Assembly: GCA_050012255.1 (NCBI GenBank) | Contig: JBEKHN010000011.1 | Span: 1-64,000, forward strand | From: Candidatus Bathyarchaeia archaeon | GTDB lineage: Archaea > Thermoproteota > Bathyarchaeia > Bathyarchaeales > Bathycorpusculaceae | Length of the DNA: 64,000 nucleotides | Reading direction: 5' to 3' | In this document: positions 19,484 through 28,054 of the stretch, in pieces | How positions within the stretch are numbered: the stretch's first letter is position 1 | Layout: every line of letters starts with the position of its first letter | Position numbers and translations under genes: made by a program | Notes under the pieces: model-generated | Databases searched by the model: none | What the model was told of the DNA's origin: nothing | Seen by the model: the letters and a program-made list of their open reading frames with translations, nothing else

Positions 19484-20485
19484 ATGATTGAAATGCGTTG
19501 GAAATCTCTCACGATAATCGGCATCATACTTCTGGTATTTGGAATGTTTTTCCTGGTTTACGGGACTGAACTTCCTGTCTACTATAAAGGTGGAGGAGCA
19601 GGAATATCTGAGACTGGCAGAGTCGTGGGAGGATTAGCGCCGGATCATTGCGAAATTAGTTTTTTTACATTGCCAGACACAATTCATATCCGTGTAAGGT
19701 CAATAGAACCAGTAATCGTAAGCATTGATGCGCCGAACGGTACCACCTTAGCGCAATGGCAAAACGAAACTGTAAATGAGGATTATCCCGTGTCAGAATG
19801 TGGCTCCTGGCAAGTCAACGTCTCACAGCCTTCGGGATACTTCGTCTATGGTGAAGTTCTGGCAACCGCCCCACCGTATGCACATCCAGCGCTGATGTAT
19901 GCCTTGATTCCCCTGTTATTAGGTTCTCTCAGCACTGTTTACTCAATGAGCAAGAGGAGACAGGCAAGGTATTTTGAAAGCGTTCTGTTTCAGCAAAACA
20001 TTGGCGGAAGATGGGTCTTCTTGCAGTGGGCCTTCATTCTGGCATTAATTTCTCAAGCGCCAGTGCTTATTCCGAGCTATCCATGGCTTTACCTTGTCTT
20101 GCTTTTCATAACCGTGTTTGGCGTGTTTTCATCGATTGCACTTGCATACGTAAAGATTTACCTGTCAACCGGGGGCTTGCTCATCGAGGCTCCTTTCCTC
20201 AACTTTTCCAGACTATACAAAATCAACAAGATCTATGGCTATACCGTCACGAAGGAAGAGAAACAGCGATGGTTCTTTCTTAAGCCTCTACCATCATTTC
20301 GAGCTAAGAAGGAAGATCAAGTGACCATTTTCATGGTTGACCATCTGCCAACATGGTTCTGGATCCTATCCCTTGGAAAGAGACTCCTTGCAGACAGAAT
20401 AATCCTGAGACCCAAATCCACACAGAACTTCGCAACCGTAGCAGAAAAACTAAACATAGTCGAGAAGGAAATCGCAACGATCTGA
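19484..20485 (+). CDS. Hypothetical multi-pass membrane protein
   Basis: 333 aa; N-terminal TM, beta-rich extracellular segment, three further hydrophobic segments. Confidence 0.8.
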   Translation: MIEMRWKSLTIIGIILLVFGMFFLVYGTELPVYYKGGGAGISETGRVVGGLAPDHCEISFFTLPDTIHIRVRSIEPVIVSIDAPNGTTLAQWQNETVNEDYPVSECGSWQVNVSQPSGYFVYGEVLATAPPYAHPALMYALIPLLLGSLSTVYSMSKRRQARYFESVLFQQNIGGRWVFLQWAFILALISQAPVLIPSYPWLYLVLLFITVFGVFSSIALAYVKIYLSTGGLLIEAPFLNFSRLYKINKIYGYTVTKEEKQRWFFLKPLPSFRAKKEDQVTIFMVDHLPTWFWILSLGKRLLADRIILRPKSTQNFATVAEKLNIVEKEIATI

Positions 20486-20927
20486 AGTGCCACTAAGTTT
20501 TTTCTTTTCTTGTTTGGGTGGGTTTGGGTTTTGGGGGCTAACTTTACCCCAACCAACCACCAAGTGCGCATGTGTGTTCCTAAATTGGTCAAAAATCGGT
20601 TGTTATTCTTCTTGGGACTTGGGGACTGTTTTGGACTTCCTGCACGTCACTGTCTTCTTTGAAGTCATCAGAATTGTGCATAGGGCCCGTTTTAATAGAA
20701 CTGCATTAGGGCCCGTTTGGAAACGGCAAAGCACTCGATGTCCAATAACGCGCGCGCTAAGAAAACGCGGGGTAGGGGATGGTCAGAGGACGATGAATCA
20801 AGCTTGTCTGGCCGCTTGGTCGTTATGCTGGTGTATGGTGCTGGTTCCTCGTTCTTTAGCGGAACCCGTGTTTGGATTCAAAAACTTTTTTAGGTGTGTG
20901 AGGCATCATTCCTGTAGGTGCTGCTTG

Positions 20928-21173
20928 ATGGGTGAAACAGTCACTCTGTCTGCCGTGGTGTGGAAGGAGGGAAAACTGCACGTTGCCTGGTGTCCCGAAC
21001 TGGACATAGCAAGCCAGGGAAGAGACATAGAGCATGCCCTGAGCAACTTGCATGAAGCTGTTGAGCTTTATCTTGAGGATGAAGATGCCACTGTCCCAAA
21101 AGGAAGATCGGCCATCGTCACAACTCTGAGCGTTGAAACCCATGCCAAGGCTGCCTCTGGTCTCAGGCCGTGA
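20928..21173 (+). CDS. hicB: HicB-family antitoxin (short form)
   Basis: VVWKEG..HVAWCPELDIASQG.DIEHALSNLHEAVELYLE; ATG 20928 (longer ORF 20487 rejected). Confidence 0.9.
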   Translation: MGETVTLSAVVWKEGKLHVAWCPELDIASQGRDIEHALSNLHEAVELYLEDEDATVPKGRSAIVTTLSVETHAKAASGLRP

Positions 21174-21375
21174 AGTAGTCAAGGCTTTAGGCAAAGCCGG
21201 CTTCGAGGTAGTAGGGAGAAAGGGAAGCCACATCAGGCTGAAAAGGAAGGCCCCTGATAAAATCTACATCGTTATCGTGCCCCTCCACTCAGAGATAAAA
21301 AGAGGTACGCTCAAATCGATCTTGCGACAGGCTGGATTGACAATGGAAGAACTCCTGAAACTGCTGAAAAAATAG
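21142..21375 (+). CDS. hicA: HicA-family mRNA interferase toxin
   Basis: SGREVVKAL..AGF....KGSH, VPLH.EIKRGTLKSILRQAG. Confidence 0.93.
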   Translation: MPRLPLVSGREVVKALGKAGFEVVGRKGSHIRLKRKAPDKIYIVIVPLHSEIKRGTLKSILRQAGLTMEELLKLLKK

Positions 21376-21569
21376 ATCAGTAAGGGCCTAGAGAGCTGAC
21401 GAGAATAGTCATGTTCAGCAACGCGCGCTAGTTTATGTCCTTGGAGCAAGGGGTGAGGTTTGCGCATGGCAAGAACCTCGATCTATTGTTCAAATTGCCT
21501 TCTTCAATCGTTTATGGAGGCGATAGTGGCGGCCATGTCTGACCACTTTCATAGTACCACATGAATGTC

Positions 21570-22397
21570 TCAGGGGTACGACCAGCGCTCAAAGTTCCAT
21601 TTATAAATGCCGCCGTTTTCCAGTAGCCAAGCGTCGCAGCCTACTGGACCGCTCACCCACTTTTTCTCTTTGCCGTTCCAGTAGTACCATATCCATGTGT
21701 AGCCCCAGGCGTAAGATGGGTCAATATGCGTTGATTTGTTGTTGATAGAATCAACTAGCACATGGCCTGGTTCAGTGAGGGCGTAGTAGCTGTATTTGAT
21801 GACGGCTATCTCTTGTGTTAATTTGAAAAGGGTATAACCTGCGGGCACTTTGGTTTCATTGTGCCATTCCACGGTTTCGTTTCCATAATTGATTTCAACG
21901 TTTACGGACAGTGTCGTAGCTTCGCTGATTGACAGTGCTAGCTCCCTGAGTGCAGAAAGGCTAAACAAGTCATGGTACTCGCTAAGCAGATTACCAAAAT
22001 CTGTTCTTGTTATGTTACCTTTCTGCTGAAGTGTTTCGTAGTCGCTTAGGAGTTGATCGTACGTTTTGTTCATGTCCTCCTGTTCGAAGAGGTTGGTGTA
22101 GTTTTTGCCCAAGCTTGTGATTGCACTTCCTAAAGGTGGCATTAAAGTCACGTAATTGCTGCTCGTGAAGTATGAGTAGTTGCCATATAACGAGGCGTAT
22201 TCAGTCAACAGCAAATCATACTTTTCGGTTGCATTGCCGTAGCTTGATGCGACTTTGTTTAGCGAGTTTTGAGCGCTGTTTAGTTGCTCAGTGTTGTTTC
22301 CATTCTGGAGGAAGTAGTACCCAGCAAACGATGAGGCCAGGGCTGCCCACACGATTGAGGCAAGCATCAAGAATACAAACGTTCTTTTTTCGACCAA
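21570..22397 (-). CDS. Membrane-anchored protein with helical stalk and DUF4430/transcobalamin-C-like domain
   Basis: N-terminal TM; C-terminal INYGN...TLF.L...G.VLVDSIN...WIWYYWN...GPVGCD...L.NG pattern; overlaps the S-component gene. Confidence 0.65.
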   Translation of the reverse strand: MVEKRTFVFLMLASIVWAALASSFAGYYFLQNGNNTEQLNSAQNSLNKVASSYGNATEKYDLLLTEYASLYGNYSYFTSSNYVTLMPPLGSAITSLGKNYTNLFEQEDMNKTYDQLLSDYETLQQKGNITRTDFGNLLSEYHDLFSLSALRELALSISEATTLSVNVEINYGNETVEWHNETKVPAGYTLFKLTQEIAVIKYSYYALTEPGHVLVDSINNKSTHIDPSYAWGYTWIWYYWNGKEKKWVSGPVGCDAWLLENGGIYKWNFERWSYP

Positions 22398-22939
22398 GGA
22401 GATTCGCCAACCTTTAAACTGTTTAACGCATTGGTGATTGGAAGAAACAGAACTCCAAAAACCACGCTGTTAGATACTATGTGTATTAACGAATAGAAGG
22501 AGCCATAAGCTACGGCAGTAAACAAAGCCAAAGATGAGTCCTCGCCCGTTAGAATGAGCTGAACGCCAAATCCCAAGTTAGTAATCAAGTCATAAATTAG
22601 AGCAATAAAAGCGCCTAAAACAGCCGTTTCTAAAAAGAAATCTCTGGAAAGATTAATGTCGCGCGTGAATCTTCTATACACGCCCCCCAGACCCCCCGCG
22701 ATCATCATGCCTACTATCTGAAAAGGGATGTTTAAGCCGCCAAATCCCCATGGAGACGAAAACCCGTTTATGAGCATCACAAAGCTACCGAAAAACGCGC
22801 CAACGAGGGCTCCTTCCATCAAGCCGAAAACAAAAGAGAAGAAAGATGTAAACTCTACATTTGGCGGCCTAGGAGTAATCTGAAGAGCTATACATAGCCC
22901 GGTCAGAATTGTTAGGAGAGCAAGTTTCCGCGTATTCAT
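22367..22939 (-). CDS. ECF transporter S component (CbrT-like)
   Basis: 190 aa, about six TMs, TRKLALL...PNVEFT, YDLITN, HIVSN. Confidence 0.75.
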   Translation of the reverse strand: MNTRKLALLTILTGLCIALQITPRPPNVEFTSFFSFVFGLMEGALVGAFFGSFVMLINGFSSPWGFGGLNIPFQIVGMMIAGGLGGVYRRFTRDINLSRDFFLETAVLGAFIALIYDLITNLGFGVQLILTGEDSSLALFTAVAYGSFYSLIHIVSNSVVFGVLFLPITNALNSLKVGESPWSKKERLYS

Positions 22940-23031
22940 TTAGGCTCAGCCGCTGGTTAGATAATCCAGCCAACCTATATAAAAATTCCTATAAACAACT
23001 AGCAACAGCTTATACGCGAGGAAAAACGCGG

Positions 23032-23712
23032 TTGACGACTCTTGAAACTGTTGCCAGAGTGGCAGCTAAAATCGCGCCTGGACGGCTGCCCTCGTTCGCT
23101 GAGGCTCATGTCGTAGAGGCTTTGGAGGACATTAGCGGTCTAGGAGCTGTGGGCAGGCTGAGACTTTCAAGGGATCTCGACTTAGGGGAAGGTGAAACTA
23201 GGACTCTCGTCAGGCATCTCAAGAACGAGGGGCTGATTGAAGTTTCAAGATCAGGGATCTCGCTGTCTGACGCTGGAAGGAAGCTGCTTTCTGGCCTGAG
23301 AGCGGTCTTGAGCGAACAAGTAGCGATTCCGTCTACGCCCTTGACAGTCGGACGCTTCAACATTGCAGTTCGAGTGGCAGGAATGAAAAACTCCGTAAAG
23401 TACGGCCTGGAACAGAGAGACGCTGCCATAAAAGCAGGCGCAAAGGGAGCTACGACTTTAATCTTCACCAAGAACGGGTTAGTCATGCCTGGCACTGGAG
23501 AAGACATGTCAAAAAGTAGTTCCTCCATCATTGCCGCGTTGTCAAAACTGAGCTTGAACGCGGGCGATGTCATAATAATCGGAAGCGCAGATGAAAAGAT
23601 TAAGGCAGAACTTGGAGCGAAGACGGCCGCACTTGACCTCCTCAAATCAAAGACCAGAATGCTTAACAGAGATTCCGGCAACGTGACTCTCAAAATGCGA
23701 AACGCGCAATGA
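23032..23712 (+). CDS. Archaeal winged-helix protein (DUF4443/DUF2111-like), putative regulator
   Basis: GRLRLSRDLDLGEGETRTLVRHL..EGLI wHTH; GLEQRDAAIKAGAKGATT domain; TTG start estimated. Confidence 0.78.
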   Translation: MTTLETVARVAAKIAPGRLPSFAEAHVVEALEDISGLGAVGRLRLSRDLDLGEGETRTLVRHLKNEGLIEVSRSGISLSDAGRKLLSGLRAVLSEQVAIPSTPLTVGRFNIAVRVAGMKNSVKYGLEQRDAAIKAGAKGATTLIFTKNGLVMPGTGEDMSKSSSSIIAALSKLSLNAGDVIIIGSADEKIKAELGAKTAALDLLKSKTRMLNRDSGNVTLKMRNAQ

Positions 23713-23745
23713 GCACTCAATGGCTCGCGAGATTGTCGGCATGGC

Positions 23746-25275
23746 CTAGAAGATCAGTTCTCTGCTCAGCCAGTCTGGATACCACTTGTATTTTTCTAGA
23801 GGCCCAGCCTTGCGCAATCCATCATAAGTCGCCTTCGCAAGTGAAATTGTCTTTCGCGAGTCGCGGTAAACTTTTGCCAAACCCTTAGCCTCAAGTCCCT
23901 TCAGAATTTCGTCGAATTTCTCGTCGCTTGTCTCTGTGAGTCTCTCTTTCAGGTCTTCTCGCGACATGTAGAGGCCTGGGTTCACCGTGTAATCTTCAGC
24001 CAAAACTTTCATGATGCCGTCTTCGCTTGGTTCCATCTTGGGTAAGGGTTCAATTGTGGATATCGGAACTCCGAGTTTTCGGTGAATACGTCTGTGCGGC
24101 ATCCTGAGGTCTTTGCCCATTGCTTTCAATCCGCCTCGGAAGATCACGAGCCTCATGATCTCGTTGGTTCCAGCGCCGATCTGGTTCACTTTGGCGTCTC
24201 GAAGATAACTCTCAACGGGGTAGAAGCGCGTCCAGCCGTCGCCTCCCATTACCTGAACAGCGTCGCTGATGAGCTTCTCAAACGTGTCTGAAGTGAACAT
24301 TTTAGCGGTTGCAGCTTCTACCATTGCCTCCTTGTGCTGGTCCAGAAGGTAAGCGGCGTGATAGACGAGCAACCGCGAAGTGTACAGTCCAGAGAGCATC
24401 TCGGCAACCTTGGACTGGTTTGATGGGATATCTATGGTTGGTTTGTCGAACTGCATCCGTCTCTGCGTGTAAGCAACTGCATGGCGTATCGACTCTCTCA
24501 TGGGACCAAGCATGCCAGCTGAAAAAACGACTCGTTCAAAGTTTAGGCCCGCCATCATCACTTTCCACCCTGCTCCTTCGGGTCCTAAGCAGTTTCCAGC
24601 CGGAACCCCGACGTTGTTGAAGTCCAAGAACCCGTTCGGAAGGCCAAACCATCCTGATAGTTCATTGATTTTCTCAACGGAGAAACCGGGCGTTTTCTTT
24701 TCCACAAGAAAGGCCGTGAGATGTTGGTACTTTGCCTTGTCTTCAGGTTTTTCGCTGGTCTTCGCGTAGACAACGTAGACATCAGCCAGTCCCGCGTTTG
24801 TTATGAAACGTTTTTTCCCGTTTAGAACGTAGCCGTTTCCCTCACGCTTAGCAGTTGTCTCTATCCCTGCAGCATCGGAGCCGACGAAAGGCTCCGTGAT
24901 GCAGACAGCGCCGATGACCTCGCCCCTGGATATTCTTGGAAGCCACTTGCGTTTTTGCTCTTCAGTTCCAAAGGTCAAGAGTTGTTCGACGCCGCCGAAC
25001 ATGGATACGGCGTACGCCTCTGATAGGGCTGAGCAGACTCTGCTGAGCTCCTCAGTTACGATGCTTACGCCTGTGACTCCTGTGCCCGTGCCACCATACT
25101 CAGTCGGGATGACGACTCCAAACCATCCTTTCCGAGCAACTTCCCTCAACAGTTCATGCGGGAACTCTTTCGTCCAGAAAACCTCTTCACCCTTTGGGAG
25201 ACTCTGGTCAGCGAAGGCTTTAGCTTCCTCCATCAGGATTCGTTGCTTGTCACTCCACCATGAAAAGGTTTCCAT
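23746..25275 (-). CDS. Acyl-CoA dehydrogenase with ~125-aa C-terminal extension
   Basis: ITEPFVGSD, LNGKKRFITNA, GLNFER, R.QF, AVQVMGGDG, IGAGTNEI (IVD/LCAD-type arrangement). Confidence 0.93.
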   Translation of the reverse strand: METFSWWSDKQRILMEEAKAFADQSLPKGEEVFWTKEFPHELLREVARKGWFGVVIPTEYGGTGTGVTGVSIVTEELSRVCSALSEAYAVSMFGGVEQLLTFGTEEQKRKWLPRISRGEVIGAVCITEPFVGSDAAGIETTAKREGNGYVLNGKKRFITNAGLADVYVVYAKTSEKPEDKAKYQHLTAFLVEKKTPGFSVEKINELSGWFGLPNGFLDFNNVGVPAGNCLGPEGAGWKVMMAGLNFERVVFSAGMLGPMRESIRHAVAYTQRRMQFDKPTIDIPSNQSKVAEMLSGLYTSRLLVYHAAYLLDQHKEAMVEAATAKMFTSDTFEKLISDAVQVMGGDGWTRFYPVESYLRDAKVNQIGAGTNEIMRLVIFRGGLKAMGKDLRMPHRRIHRKLGVPISTIEPLPKMEPSEDGIMKVLAEDYTVNPGLYMSREDLKERLTETSDEKFDEILKGLEAKGLAKVYRDSRKTISLAKATYDGLRKAGPLEKYKWYPDWLSRELIF

Positions 25276-25390
25276 GTTTCATGCACCGAGAGTACTATTG
25301 GCTAGGAGTCCATTCGAATTTTAAACTTTCGCCTAACATTGGAAACGAAGAGGCAGGCAAATGAGATTCTGGCTGATTGCTTCAAGGATC

Positions 25391-25756
25391 TTATCTGCTT
25401 ATAGCGCCGCCGATTAGCCCCCCAATGGCAGATATTACCCCGCCTACGATGCTGGCCAGTATTGCCACAATTCCGACGAGCGAGCCTATTACTACACCTA
25501 ACAGTCCTCCCAAGATGCCGCCTGCTGCTCCTCCGATTGCTCCTGCAGTGATTATTGCAAGTATGCCGAGGATCAATCCGCCGAAGATTCCAGCGATGAA
25601 GCCTGCTAATAATCCTCTGCCTGCTCCTCCTGCTATAATACCTGCGACAAGTCCACCGATTATGTGACCAGCGAGGGAACCAATCCCGGGGGCCACCGAT
25701 CCGAGGAAGACAGTGACTAGAAAACCGACGAAGGCTCCGAGCAACAGGTGGCCCAT
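25391..25756 (-). CDS. Small Gly-rich membrane protein (DUF5518-like)
   Basis: IIGGLVAGIIAGGAGRGLLAGFIAGIFGG repeats; ATG 25756. Confidence 0.7.
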   Translation of the reverse strand: MGHLLLGAFVGFLVTVFLGSVAPGIGSLAGHIIGGLVAGIIAGGAGRGLLAGFIAGIFGGLILGILAIITAGAIGGAAGGILGGLLGVVIGSLVGIVAILASIVGGVISAIGGLIGGAISR

Positions 25757-25930
25757 GATAGCACCGATTCTTCTGTACTTAGGCTGAGTATATAAAAGAT
25801 CTGTCGCTACTCTGCCGATAGAATGCGAAGGGTTGGGCTTTTGAACCCAGCTAGCCATGTTAAATCTTATATGAGCGGCTGCAAGAATAGGAGGTGAGTC
25901 CAGGTTCAACCTTGTTTGGATTGTGCGCGA

Positions 25931-27256
25931 ATGAGAAAGACAATATTCAAGAAGCTTGAGGCTCAGGGCTTAATCACAAACTATAACCATCTGAGAAAGA
26001 ATCTACCGCCAAAACTTCCTGAGGACGTCTTGATATGGGATGAGACGTTGAGGGAGGGTGTTCAGGCCTTGGCGGTCTTTTTGACCTATGTTGAGAAAGT
26101 GAAGTTGGCCAAGATGATGGATGAGGTGGGCGTGCCCATGATCTCAGTGGGTTTTCCAGGGCTCTCTGAAGAAGAGAAGAGTGCGGTGAAAAAAATCGCG
26201 AACGAAGGTTTTCAGCAGGCAACTCTTGTTGCTTCGGCGCGGATCATTAGGAGCGACATAGACGCGTGTCTTGAGTGCGGGATAAGAGAGCTGTCCTTGT
26301 TCACACCGTTTAACGGGCTGCACCTTAAGTACAGACTGAAGGAGACCAAAGAGCAGGTCTTGAAGAAAACGGTTGAATGCGTCGATTACGCTAAGAAGCA
26401 CGGCGCAAAGGTGGATTTTGTCCTCGAGGATGCTTCGCGAACGCCCTTGCAGGACATTCTGCAGATCTTTCAAGCAGCCGCAAGAGCTGGTGCGGACCGG
26501 CTGGTGATCGCCGACACTGTTGGTTTCCTTAGACCCTTGTCTATGCATTACCTAGTATCACACGTTAGGGATGGTCTGTCAGAGCTTATCAAGAAGCAGG
26601 TTCCGCTCTCCATCCACTGCAACAACGATTTTGGCCTCGCAACTGCAAACACGCTGGCAGCCGTGGAAGAGGGCATTGCCTGTGTACACACCTGTGTTGC
26701 AGGGTTTGGCGAAAGAGCTGGCTGTGCACCCTTAGAGGAAGTCTGTACAGCCTTGGAGCTACTCTATGACATTGACACCAAGGTGGATCTGGGAAAGCTG
26801 AACAGGCTTTCACAGTTGGTAGAGAAAAGTTTTGCCTTGCCCATTCAATTTCACAAGCCGATAATTGGGGAAAACGCTTTCTCCTACGAGATGAACGAAA
26901 ACCTCGGGGCGATGCTTGCGAACCCAATAATCTACGAGCCTTTTCCGCCTGAGATAGTTGGAAGGGAAAGCACGTTCCACTTGGGCAGACAGACTGGAAA
27001 GAGTGTTGTTGAAGAACGGCTGAGGATGGCAGAGATCAATGCTACGCCCGTGCAGATACAGGAAATCGTTAGAAGAATAAGAACAAGCCAAGAGTCTTTG
27101 GACAAGGGCGAAGCGCAGATGACTTTTTACCAAGTCAAGAAGCTGATGAAGGAACTCAGAAAAGGTCTGACTGAAGAAGAGTTTTGGCGAGTAGTTGAGC
27201 AGGTCACGAAGCAAAAACCCAAGCTGGTCCAACCGTTAGCAACTGCGCCTACTTAG
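25931..27256 (+). CDS. Homocitrate/isopropylmalate synthase family (DRE-TIM) protein with degenerate active site
   Basis: DETLREGVQ, ADTVG, HCNNDFGLATAN, GFGERAG, YEPFPPE.VGR. Confidence 0.85.
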   Translation: MRKTIFKKLEAQGLITNYNHLRKNLPPKLPEDVLIWDETLREGVQALAVFLTYVEKVKLAKMMDEVGVPMISVGFPGLSEEEKSAVKKIANEGFQQATLVASARIIRSDIDACLECGIRELSLFTPFNGLHLKYRLKETKEQVLKKTVECVDYAKKHGAKVDFVLEDASRTPLQDILQIFQAAARAGADRLVIADTVGFLRPLSMHYLVSHVRDGLSELIKKQVPLSIHCNNDFGLATANTLAAVEEGIACVHTCVAGFGERAGCAPLEEVCTALELLYDIDTKVDLGKLNRLSQLVEKSFALPIQFHKPIIGENAFSYEMNENLGAMLANPIIYEPFPPEIVGRESTFHLGRQTGKSVVEERLRMAEINATPVQIQEIVRRIRTSQESLDKGEAQMTFYQVKKLMKELRKGLTEEEFWRVVEQVTKQKPKLVQPLATAPT

Positions 27257-28037
27257 TTCTTGGGATGTAGATCCCAGTGGGGTCTATCGCTCTCAGAAGC
27301 TCAAGCTCCTCGCACGTGGGCAGGTCCGTGGTGGGCACGTCCTTCGGCACGATCAGGTCAAAGCCCGTGTTCTCAAGAACCTGCTCAACCGTCACGCCCG
27401 GATGCACCGTTGCCAACCTTACGCGTTTTGTTTTAGGGTCAAAGTCCATTTGACAGAGGTTTGTGACCACGAGTGATGGCCCACCTCCGCGTAACCCAGC
27501 CTTTTCTCTGGCTCCAGGTCCGTCAAGGAAGCCTGGACTCGTGAGATAGTCCAGTTTTTTCACCATTTTCCTTTTTTCATGCGTCATTATGACCACTGTG
27601 CGCTTGGCTGACGACACTATGTCGTTTCCTCCTCCGCTGCCGGGCAGTCTGACTGATGGCTTTTCGAAGCTTCCAATGTAGGTTGTGTTTATGTTTCCGT
27701 ACTCGTCGATCTGGGCCGCACCCACGAACCCTAGGTCAACGTGTCCGCCCTGCAGCATGAGTCCGAGAGTCTCGAACAGACCGATGGCTCCTGACGCGCG
27801 CCAACCTAGTCTCGAGTCAGCTATGGACAAGGCTATGTCCTTCGCGTTTGAATCTATGAACCCTGCCTCGAAAACGATTCTTGCACTGGGCGCGTGCGTT
27901 CTCTTTGCCAGCAACGCTGCAATCATGGGTAGGCCTGTTCCTATGAAAACAACTTCACCGTTCTTTATCAATCTGGAGCCGCAGACCGCCATGAGTTCCA
28001 ATGTGTTGAAATCTCCGGGTTTTGCGATTTTGGCCAT
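27249..28037 (-). CDS. Family I CoA-transferase beta subunit (GctB-like)
   Basis: GTGLP, FEAG, GAAQIDEYGNIN, RLPGSGG, TSPG, HPGV. Confidence 0.9.
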   Translation of the reverse strand: MAKIAKPGDFNTLELMAVCGSRLIKNGEVVFIGTGLPMIAALLAKRTHAPSARIVFEAGFIDSNAKDIALSIADSRLGWRASGAIGLFETLGLMLQGGHVDLGFVGAAQIDEYGNINTTYIGSFEKPSVRLPGSGGGNDIVSSAKRTVVIMTHEKRKMVKKLDYLTSPGFLDGPGAREKAGLRGGGPSLVVTNLCQMDFDPKTKRVRLATVHPGVTVEQVLENTGFDLIVPKDVPTTDLPTCEELELLRAIDPTGIYIPRTK

Positions 28038-28054
28038 ATTTCTCTTTCCTCCTT

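Noticed and set aside
20487-20927. N-terminal extension of HicB
   Set aside because: Low-complexity, repeat-containing DNA translating to implausible protein; HicB similarity starts at ATG 20928
19316-21431. Integron attC cassette array
   Set aside because: Sites lack paired RYYYAAC/GTTRRRY ends and attC hairpins, and no integrase is present; kept only as an unexplained motif
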